Shown: positions 56,743-64,000 of the stretch, in pieces
Position numbering within the stretch: the first letter of the stretch is position 1
How the letters are laid out: each line of letters begins with the position of its first letter
Origin: Candidatus Sumerlaeaceae bacterium
GTDB taxonomy: Bacteria; Sumerlaeota; Sumerlaeia; Sumerlaeales; Sumerlaeaceae
Direction: 5' to 3'
NCBI GenBank assembly: GCA_049968255.1
Contig: JBMFRB010000005.1
Coordinates: 133,822 to 197,821 of the forward strand
DNA length: 64,000 bases
Position numbers and translations under genes: made by a program
The notes under the pieces: model-generated
Told to the model about the DNA's origin: nothing
What the model saw: only the letters and a program-made list of their open reading frames with translations
Databases searched by the model: none

Positions 56743-58029
56743 ATGGGACTAACAACGGCTGCGATTATCTCCACTGGAACTGAAATCTTGCAGGGGCTTT
56801 ATGCCGACACGAATGCCCGGTGGCTGGCCGAGCAACTGAGTGCGGAGGGGCTGGAGGTCAGGCTCATTGCGGCGGCTCCTGACGATAAGATGGAAATCGA
56901 GGCGTTGGTTCGCTATGCAGCCGAGCACGCGGATCTCGTGGTCTGCTCTGGTGGACTTGGTCCTACTGCCGATGATGTCAATCGGGAAGTGTTTGCACGG
57001 CTGTTTGGCATGCAGCTTGTGCGCGACGAACGCGCAGTCGAAATGATGCGAGAGCGCTTCGCGCGCCGCAATCGGGTGATGCCTGAAAGCAACTTGGTTC
57101 AGGCCCTTATCCCAGAAGGAGCCATTGTGCTCTACAATGAATGGGGAACTGCACCCGGTTTTTTCATCCCCCCTGTGGAGGAGCGGAGTAGCACAACAGC
57201 GGAGGCGCCGCGCTGTGCATTGCTCGCTCTGCCGGGTCCTCCCCGCGAACTTTATTCCATGTTTCGCGAGCTTGCCCTTCCACTGATTCGTCATCGCTTG
57301 ACGGGGCGCCGCTATGTGCTCGTGCGTGTGCTTCATACGTTCGGTGCGCCCGAGTCAGAGGTCGGACAATACGTTCATGATCTTTTTGCTACCTCATCCG
57401 ATTATGCTTACACGATGCTGGCCAAACCTCATGGGATTGACATACGCATGGTCGTGCGGGCGAGCACTCGTCGCGAGGCCGAAGAGCGGCTCGACACGCT
57501 CGAGCAGGAAACCCGACGCCGCATTCCCGGTGAACTTATTTACGGTAGCGACGACGAAACACTGCCCCAAGTTGTTGCTAAAATGCTAATAAGGAGAAGA
57601 GCACGCTTGGCGGTCGCGGAATCATGTACCGGCGGTTTGCTTTCAAAATTGCTGACGGATATTGCCGGAAGCTCGGCCTTCTTTATCGAGGGCCTCATCA
57701 CTTATGCCAATGAAGCAAAAATTCACACGTTAGGAGTGAGGGCGGAGACTTTAGAGCGCCATGGTGCAGTGAGTGAAGCGACTGCTCGCGAAATGGCCGA
57801 AGGCGCCCGCCAGCAAGCCGATGCGGATTACGCCCTGGCCCTCACAGGCATCGCGGGCCCCACGGGCGGCAGCGAAGAAAAGCCTGTGGGACTAACATTC
57901 ATTGCTTTAGCCAGTCGCAATGAAACTGCAGTCCAGCGACACGTGTTCGGCGGCGATCGCGAATTCAATCGGACGTTTGCTGCCCTGACGGCTCTGAATT
58001 GGCTTCGGCTGGAATTGCTTTGTCAGTAG
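56743..58029 (+). CDS. cinA: Competence/damage-inducible protein A (NMN deamidase fusion)
   Basis: GTEILQG...DTNA, SGGLGPTADD, GTAPG, LPGPPRE, AESCTGG, HGAVSE and TGIAGP.GG motifs. Confidence 0.95.
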   Translation: MGLTTAAIISTGTEILQGLYADTNARWLAEQLSAEGLEVRLIAAAPDDKMEIEALVRYAAEHADLVVCSGGLGPTADDVNREVFARLFGMQLVRDERAVEMMRERFARRNRVMPESNLVQALIPEGAIVLYNEWGTAPGFFIPPVEERSSTTAEAPRCALLALPGPPRELYSMFRELALPLIRHRLTGRRYVLVRVLHTFGAPESEVGQYVHDLFATSSDYAYTMLAKPHGIDIRMVVRASTRREAEERLDTLEQETRRRIPGELIYGSDDETLPQVVAKMLIRRRARLAVAESCTGGLLSKLLTDIAGSSAFFIEGLITYANEAKIHTLGVRAETLERHGAVSEATAREMAEGARQQADADYALALTGIAGPTGGSEEKPVGLTFIALASRNETAVQRHVFGGDREFNRTFAALTALNWLRLELLCQ

Positions 58030-60022
58030 CCGAGTTGGGCTCCAGCGCTCCGAAGGCGTTCTCGGCATTCACTGATGCTGCGGTTTGTTTAGCACCCATG
58101 GGGTGCGGAGTTTCAAGTTGCCTAAAGAACGCCCAAACAGCCTCGGCCAAAGGACGAGTCATGGAGGGTGCTGCGGCCAACTCTTGTACGTTGGCGGCCT
58201 TGACTTTCGCTAGCGACCCGAAGTGGCGGAGAAGAAGTTTCGCCCGTTTGCTCCCGATGCCGGGGACTTCTTCAAGAATGGAACGACGGTTTGCCGCCGC
58301 GCGAAGCTTCTGATGATAGGTGATGGCGAAGCGGTGCGCTTCGTCGCGTATTCGTTGAACGAGCAGAAGGGCCGCCGAGCCCTCGGGCAACACAATCGGA
58401 TTCCGACGATTTGGCACAAAGAGGCGCTCGGGTTTGGCTTTAGCAGCTGTTTCACCTGCCGTTTGGGTTGCGTCTCGGCACCCTGCACTTTGCCGCAGAC
58501 GAATTTCGCCGCGTGTTCGCTCCTTGGCAAGTGCCGCGAGCATGAGAGAAGCGCATCCGAGCTCCGCAGCAACTTTGCGTGCCACGCCAAGTTGGGCCTT
58601 GCCCCCATCCACAATGAGCAAATCCGGCCATGGCATGGCGCGTGTGCTGTCTGAACGAAAACGGCGTATGAGCACTTCGCGCATCATGGCAAAATCGTTC
58701 GCCCCTTGCACTGTGCGGATACGGTAGCGGCGATAACCTTCTTTCGCAGGACGTCCATTTTCAAACCGCACGATAGAGCCAACAGCAAGTGTGCCCATGA
58801 GGTTGGAGATATCCACACATTCAATCACGCGCGGAATTCTTTCGAGCCCTAGAGCTGACGCGAGATCGGCAAGTGCCTCCTCGACGCTTTTCTCGCCACG
58901 CGCACGCATTTCGAGACGCAAACGAGCATTCTGTTGCGCCATTTCCACAAGCGCGGCTGCTGCGCCGCGCTTAGGCGTCCGGATTTCGATACTTCCGCCA
59001 CGTAGCTCGCGGAGGCACGCCTCGATTAGCTCATGGTCGGCTACCTCGATATTGGTGACAATTTCGGGAGGAATTGTTGTGGCAGCCTCGTAATGACGCG
59101 AGAGGAACTGGCTGAGAACTTCCTCGTCGGATTGCTCGTAATTTCGAACAAAAAAATCTCGCGTGAAGGCAATAGCGCCTTCACGCATTTCCATGAGAAG
59201 GATGAGCGAGTGTCCACCTTGGGACACGATGGCGATAATGTCGCGGTCCGCAACGGCGTGCGACACGACAGTCTGACGCTCGAGCGTTTCGTCCATGGCG
59301 CGGAGATAGTCGCGCACGAGTGCGGCGCGTTCGAATTCCATTCTGTCCGAAAGCGCGTGCATCTGACGCTCGAGCAGCTCGCGTACCTCGTCGCGCCGGC
59401 CACGGAGAAAGCGCGCGACGTTGTCCACGAGTTCTCGATACGACTCTTGGCTCACCGGTACAACGCAAGGTCCGCAGCACTTGCCCACGTCATAGAGCAA
59501 GCAGGGGCGCGTTCGGTTAGCAAAGACACTGTCGCGGCATGTGCGAATGGGAAACACTTTCAAGAGAAAGCGAAGCGTAGCTCGCACCGCAGAGGTCGAC
59601 ACGTAGGGGCCAAAGTACAGGTCGCCACGTTCGAGGCGCTCGCCCGCATAGCGGCGCACGCGCACAATCTCAAGCCGGGGATAAGGATGATTCATCCTCA
59701 TGCGAATCGAAACGTAGGTTTTGTCGTCGCGCAGGCGAATGTTGAAGCGGGGGCGATGGCGCTTAATGAACTCGTTCTCAAGAAGAAAAGCCTCTTTCTC
59801 GTTGGCTGTGATGACAAATTCGATGCTGTGAGCGAGCCGGCGTAAGAACTGAACCGAGAAACGATTGTCAGCCGAGCGCGTGAAGTAACTGCGAACACGG
59901 TTACGAAGATTCACCGCCTTGCCAACGTAAAGGGCGCGTCCTTCGGCATCCTTGAAAATATAGACACCCGGTTGCGCCGGCAACTGGCTAAGATGCTCGG
60001 GCTGTGCAAGAATTTCTACCAT
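57965..60022 (-). CDS. uvrC: Excinuclease ABC subunit C
   Basis: GIY-YIG PGVY...YVGKA.NLRNRV.SYF, UVR domain, ECVDISN, DGGKAQ, RDEAHRFA and HhH VPGIG. Confidence 0.96.
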   Translation of the reverse strand: MVEILAQPEHLSQLPAQPGVYIFKDAEGRALYVGKAVNLRNRVRSYFTRSADNRFSVQFLRRLAHSIEFVITANEKEAFLLENEFIKRHRPRFNIRLRDDKTYVSIRMRMNHPYPRLEIVRVRRYAGERLERGDLYFGPYVSTSAVRATLRFLLKVFPIRTCRDSVFANRTRPCLLYDVGKCCGPCVVPVSQESYRELVDNVARFLRGRRDEVRELLERQMHALSDRMEFERAALVRDYLRAMDETLERQTVVSHAVADRDIIAIVSQGGHSLILLMEMREGAIAFTRDFFVRNYEQSDEEVLSQFLSRHYEAATTIPPEIVTNIEVADHELIEACLRELRGGSIEIRTPKRGAAAALVEMAQQNARLRLEMRARGEKSVEEALADLASALGLERIPRVIECVDISNLMGTLAVGSIVRFENGRPAKEGYRRYRIRTVQGANDFAMMREVLIRRFRSDSTRAMPWPDLLIVDGGKAQLGVARKVAAELGCASLMLAALAKERTRGEIRLRQSAGCRDATQTAGETAAKAKPERLFVPNRRNPIVLPEGSAALLLVQRIRDEAHRFAITYHQKLRAAANRRSILEEVPGIGSKRAKLLLRHFGSLAKVKAANVQELAAAPSMTRPLAEAVWAFFRQLETPHPMGAKQTAASVNAENAFGALEPNSATDKAIPAEANSEPSGQQTSD

Positions 60023-60050
60023 AGGCCGGACTGCGCGCTGATCTCTACTT

Positions 60051-60091
60051 CTGTTTTAGACTACAGGTAGACTACAGGTTTAGATTACAGG
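60051..60091. repeat. Three tandem 11-bp repeats (TAGAYTACAGG) overlapping a CTGT-N8-ACAG palindrome upstream of uvrC
   Basis: Copies at 60057-60067, 60068-60078 and 60081-60091; CTGTTTTAGACTACAG at 60051-60066. Confidence 0.75.
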
Positions 60092-60213
60092 CGCGGGGCC
60101 TCACTTGTTGGGCTTAGTGGGCCTTCCCCGCACAGGGCGAAGTGAGACACCAGCGCGACTGCAGCGCGTGAGGCAATGGCACGCGGAACCGAGCAAATCC
60201 CGCGATAGCCAAA

Positions 60214-61905
60214 TTATTTCCTGCGCGGAGGTGGGGGTGCCTTTGTTGTACTCAAAAGTTTGCGCAGTTGGGCCACAGTGCGCTCGGTCCCTTTCTCACG
60301 GGCAAGCAGATCAAGGTAGCGCTGGGCAAGCGCGTCGTTGCCGGTTTTCTTTGCTGCAGCCACAGCACACGCGAGCAGGTCAGCGCGCGCTGCTGGATCG
60401 AGCGAGACGGAATTCTTCAGCGCACCTTCTGCCAGCGCCAGTGTTTGCGTTGCTTCGTCAGTAGAAATTTTCAGCGCAAGATAAGCTGGTTTACGGGCTC
60501 GCACTTTTTCGATGCTGGCACGGGCGCGCGCCTTGTCGAGGCGATCGCTCGCGGCCATGACAACGGCAACTTCTCCCGTTGTCAGCCGGTCGTCGAACAT
60601 GAGTTCATAAACCAAACCTTCAGCTTCGTCGAGATTGCCAGCATCGATGAGTTTCTCGAGTTTCTTTAGCTGATCGAGCCGCTCGTTATCCGCAAGAACG
60701 CGCTCGGCTAGCTCAACCGGTCCTTTGACATCGACGATGTCCTTAAACTCGTTAGCTCGGCCGCGGATCTGATTCAGCAGCTCACGTGCCGCGGCGAAAT
60801 CTCGCCGATCCAGCAAGGACTGGAAATAATCGAACATCCAGCTGAGGATTTCGTCCACGAGTTGTGCGCGAAGCTTTTTCATCGCGTCGGTGCCAGGGTA
60901 AGTAGCGGCGATTTTTTGCATTGCTTCGATGGCAGCCGTCGTGTCGCGATCTTTTCGGAACTTGTTTCGCACGGCTTCCATTTGCTGTGTCACTTCATAC
61001 TCGCGTGCGTCTTCGAGAAATTTTCGCAGCTCTTCTTTCTCTGGAATATCGGGATAGAGTTTGAGGAACTCGCCTACTTTTTCAGTAAGCTCAGGATAGG
61101 AGACCTCGCCCGTGAGAAATTGGTTGTAGAGCGAGAGGATGCGCTCGCGATAGTAGTGGTTGATGTCCTGCTTTAGCATGGCCAGCGAAGCGCTCGTTTC
61201 TGGGTCAGGCCCTGCCACTTCGATTTCGCCGATGAGGGCAAGTGCCCTTGGATAGTCCTCGCGATGCTTTAGCTCCTGCGCCATTTGAAGCTTTTGTTTG
61301 AAGTTCAACTGAACCGCGTCGCGAAGAGCCCGTGCCGCAAAGCCAGTGGCGGAGTCAGGCCCGCTGCGCTTGAGCACTTCGTTGAGCTTGTTCAAAGCTT
61401 CCCCATAGCGCCCTTGCTGATAAGCGACCTCGGCACGCTTGATAAGTTCGCCGGCAGCGTCGGGGCGCATCGTCCACACGAGAGCAACAAGGAGCACAGC
61501 CACCATGCCCACTAGGCCCATCGTCACGAGGCGCAGAGAACGAAGGAGAGGCAACGATTCTTGGACCTGACCGAGCCGACAGAGGTAGCGATGTGCCTTG
61601 CTCAGTTCCGGCTGCAGGCTAAGGGCCATTTCCCAGGCTTCGCGTGCTCGTTCAAATTCGCCTTTTTTGGCGTAAATCGTGCCGAGCACCACATGCGCCG
61701 GCACGAAGGAACGATCCAGATCGATGGCGTTGTGAAGTTCGTCAATAGCCTCGTCGTAACGGCCTCGTTCGGCGTGTTCGAGCGCCGCATTATAATGGTA
61801 GCGCGCCTTATTCACGATGAGGCGCAGCATCGAGAGGTCGTGATCACAGTGATAACACCTCTCGCGATCGTCGCGATTCTCCGTTTGGCAGTATGGGCAT
61901 TGCAT
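60214..61905 (-). CDS. Zinc-ribbon / TPR bitopic membrane protein
   Basis: CPYC...CYHC N-terminus, TPR repeats, one TM (LVTMGLVGMVAVLLVALVW) and a long helical external region. ATG at 61905. Confidence 0.82.
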   Translation of the reverse strand: MQCPYCQTENRDDRERCYHCDHDLSMLRLIVNKARYHYNAALEHAERGRYDEAIDELHNAIDLDRSFVPAHVVLGTIYAKKGEFERAREAWEMALSLQPELSKAHRYLCRLGQVQESLPLLRSLRLVTMGLVGMVAVLLVALVWTMRPDAAGELIKRAEVAYQQGRYGEALNKLNEVLKRSGPDSATGFAARALRDAVQLNFKQKLQMAQELKHREDYPRALALIGEIEVAGPDPETSASLAMLKQDINHYYRERILSLYNQFLTGEVSYPELTEKVGEFLKLYPDIPEKEELRKFLEDAREYEVTQQMEAVRNKFRKDRDTTAAIEAMQKIAATYPGTDAMKKLRAQLVDEILSWMFDYFQSLLDRRDFAAARELLNQIRGRANEFKDIVDVKGPVELAERVLADNERLDQLKKLEKLIDAGNLDEAEGLVYELMFDDRLTTGEVAVVMAASDRLDKARARASIEKVRARKPAYLALKISTDEATQTLALAEGALKNSVSLDPAARADLLACAVAAAKKTGNDALAQRYLDLLAREKGTERTVAQLRKLLSTTKAPPPPRRK

Positions 61906-62121
61906 AGGGTTAGTGAATCTTTCGAAGCTTGCCAACGCCGGAGCAAGCAAAAGGTTGCTTCAAGTGAAAAATCTCGAACTTCCGTAACATCCCTCTTACG
62001 CACAAGAAAACCGTTTTCTCCATGATGGAAAAAGGGGCATTTGCGGTGAATTTCATTAGTAGCAAGGTTTTAGATTTGTGCAGGCGCACGCCGCACCCAG
62101 CATAAGGGAGGCTTTGGCCTT

Positions 62122-62511
62122 ATGTGCGAAAGATATCGTGAAGCGCTGATGGGGTTGCTAGATAACGAGCTCCCCAAAGCAGAACGCAAAGATGTCGAGC
62201 TTCACCTTCAAGAGTGTCCCGACTGTCAAGCCGAGTACCGAGAGTTCCAGCGTTTAGCAAGCCTCCTCTCCACTGTGAAATTCCCCGAGCCAAGCCAAGA
62301 AGTGTGGGATCATTATTACGAAGGCGTCTGTCGACGTATGCGTGGGGTGGGTCCGTGGTACCTTTGGGGAGCCATTTCCATCGCCTTGCTGCTGCTGGCG
62401 CAAGTGCTGTTTTTCCTTGTGACACCCTCAGTGTTTTCGACGGCTGCCGGAGTACTTGCTTTAGTGGTGGGAGCGGCCTTGCTCTGGACCACATTTGCGT
62501 GCAATTGCTAA
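62122..62511 (+). CDS. zf-HC2 anti-sigma factor-like membrane protein
   Basis: C.......LDNEL.......HLQECPDC motif and two C-terminal TM segments. GGAGG RBS. Confidence 0.85.
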   Translation: MCERYREALMGLLDNELPKAERKDVELHLQECPDCQAEYREFQRLASLLSTVKFPEPSQEVWDHYYEGVCRRMRGVGPWYLWGAISIALLLLAQVLFFLVTPSVFSTAAGVLALVVGAALLWTTFACNC

Positions 62512-62644
62512 GCAGAGAAAGCGGCCGCGTTGCTGCTGCGAGTTTTTGGGGCCGGGTAGCGTAGCGACTTCCGCCATGCCGCTTACTCTTTTAGGCCGCA
62601 AGGCTGCTGTGCTGCCATCACGGTGAGCTAACACGGCAGGGCAA

Positions 62645-64000
62645 TCAGAACTTATCCCAACTCTCGACACGTGTCGGCAGTGGAGCGACGTACACGAATT
62701 TGACCGCATCGACGCAAAAGCGATTCTGTGGATTGGCCCCCGTGCCGTCGCCATCAAGATTTGTCAGAGTGATTCCGCCGACCGTTCCTGCACTTCCCGC
62801 TCTAAAGGGCACGTGGGATGCAAGCTTGAGCCATTTATTGCGCAAGCCAGGCGTGTAGGGATGAAGATAGACGGTGCCGGTCACGTCAGGCCCATCGTTT
62901 TGAACCACAAAACTTGCGTGTGCGTCATTATTCGGGCCCGTGTAGCGATCATCGAGCGTCACATACACATCGTAATAGCCGTCCAGCGGAATCGGGGGGT
63001 TGAACGATGCTTTTGCCCCGACTTGTGTCGAAAAGCGGGCTCCGCTTCCAACGGTTCCTGGTGCGGATGATTTGCTTGTCGTGTTCGAGAAAGTTCCTGT
63101 CTCCTGATAAACAGGGGCTGATGTTTTAGCTCCGGAACTCGTCCGACTCTCGACGATCATCTCAGGGAGAAGCGGATCCGGGATCACGTCGGCGAGAAGC
63201 GTGGTCGAAAGCGAGTTTGCGTTGGCATCAGTCACAGTGACCGTAGCGTTATAAATACCGGACGTCGTCGGCGTTCCAGAAACTAGGCCGGAAGAGGAGA
63301 GGGTGAGGCCGGGGGGCAAGCCACTGCCACTCCACGTATAGGGAGATGCTCCGTAACCTGCCTGAAGCCGATATTGAAAAGGTTGTCCTACGGCGAGTCG
63401 CCCCAGGCTGCATGTGTTGATGCTCAGAGCCATCGTCTTGAGCACCCAATTATCCGGATCGAGATCCACTTCTAATGGGACCGATGTCCCCAAATTCACC
63501 GAGTCGGTGGCGTTGAGCGCGGAATTCCAAACTCGCACGAGTGTGGTCGTGTTGTCCTGGCAAACGATTTCATAATCGAGCGGCATGGCGTAGGGTGTGC
63601 CGCTGATGGCTTGGGTCGTGAAAAAAGTAGCATGCCAATCCATTCCGCTGCGCGCGGTGGTGGTACGGAAACGGTAAGTCGGTTGCGCAGGGGGATTCAC
63701 AGTGTCCGAGCGCCACAGCCATTGCGCAAAAAAGGCCGAAAGATCCATGCCCGCGACGCTCTCCGCGACGCTCTCGAAATCATCGGAGATAGCATTGGCG
63801 TAACTGACCGCTGGATGCTGGGCCCACATGCGCATAGTCTCCCAAAACTTCCCGTCGCCAACAACGTGGCGCAGCATGTGAAGCACCCAGGCGCCCTTAC
63901 GATAAACGGCCGCTAGGGAAAAGTTGTCAGAGTCGGGACCCGCAACAGTCTGCGAGGTCGAGACAGTCCAACCGTTGACACGCGCCCAAAACGCATAGGG
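62645..64000 (-). CDS. M1-family aminopeptidase C-terminal part with Ig-like (He_PIG) and carbohydrate-binding/golvesin-like modules; 5' end outside the window
   Basis: Frame is open to position 64000. M1 motif VYRKGAWVLHMLR..VGD..F and DL..FF.QWL; He_PIG GLPPGLTLSSSGLVSGTPTTSG; GYYDVY...W.KL...DAVKF module. Ends PLPTRVESWDKF. Confidence 0.85.
   Translation of the reverse strand, partial: PYAFWARVNGWTVSTSQTVAGPDSDNFSLAAVYRKGAWVLHMLRHVVGDGKFWETMRMWAQHPAVSYANAISDDFESVAESVAGMDLSAFFAQWLWRSDTVNPPAQPTYRFRTTTARSGMDWHATFFTTQAISGTPYAMPLDYEIVCQDNTTTLVRVWNSALNATDSVNLGTSVPLEVDLDPDNWVLKTMALSINTCSLGRLAVGQPFQYRLQAGYGASPYTWSGSGLPPGLTLSSSGLVSGTPTTSGIYNATVTVTDANANSLSTTLLADVIPDPLLPEMIVESRTSSGAKTSAPVYQETGTFSNTTSKSSAPGTVGSGARFSTQVGAKASFNPPIPLDGYYDVYVTLDDRYTGPNNDAHASFVVQNDGPDVTGTVYLHPYTPGLRNKWLKLASHVPFRAGSAGTVGGITLTNLDGDGTGANPQNRFCVDAVKFVYVAPLPTRVESWDKF

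Noticed and set aside
57965-58029. 65-bp convergent overlap of cinA and uvrC as a regulatory device
   Set aside because: Short convergent overlaps occur repeatedly in this window (25749, 35091, 39100, 53982), and the UvrC tail is low-complexity; most simply stop-codon drift.

Overview
GC-rich bacterial chromosome segment, mostly housekeeping and cell-envelope genes. Recognisable genes: a PAS histidine kinase (cut by the left edge), rsmB, a PIN/TRAM protein, a Tat-exported Mn-SOD, ppdK, pyrD, an ArsR-methyltransferase regulator with ahcY, sufE, rpsA, a UvsW-like helicase, a pabB/pabC fusion, sucD, two c-di-GMP enzymes, cinA, uvrC and an M1 aminopeptidase (cut by the right edge). I found no tRNA, rRNA, transposase, integrase or cas gene. 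The lineage cannot be fixed from this window; the protein style reminds me of Candidatus Sumerlaeota (BRC1), which is an unverified impression. Main observations: (1) Two unrelated large proteins end in the same short motif, P-[FL]-P-x-x-V-x-x-W-x-x-[YF]-stop, a candidate undescribed secretion or surface-sorting signal. (2) An AT-richer ~4.2 kb islet lies between two diverged copies of the pyrD 3' end; it encodes a secreted six-Cys peptide, a membrane-anchored protein and an O-antigen-ligase-like protein fused to a degenerate class A beta-lactamase-like domain. (3) The tripeptide T-T-S recurs in exported domains, possibly an O-glycosylation sequon. (4) Smaller items: a 48-aa membrane protein missed by the ORF track, an apparently inactive amidase next to a GerMN gene, a likely SahR operator and a repeat/SOS-like box upstream of uvrC. 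All family calls come from reading motifs by eye; no database search was run.
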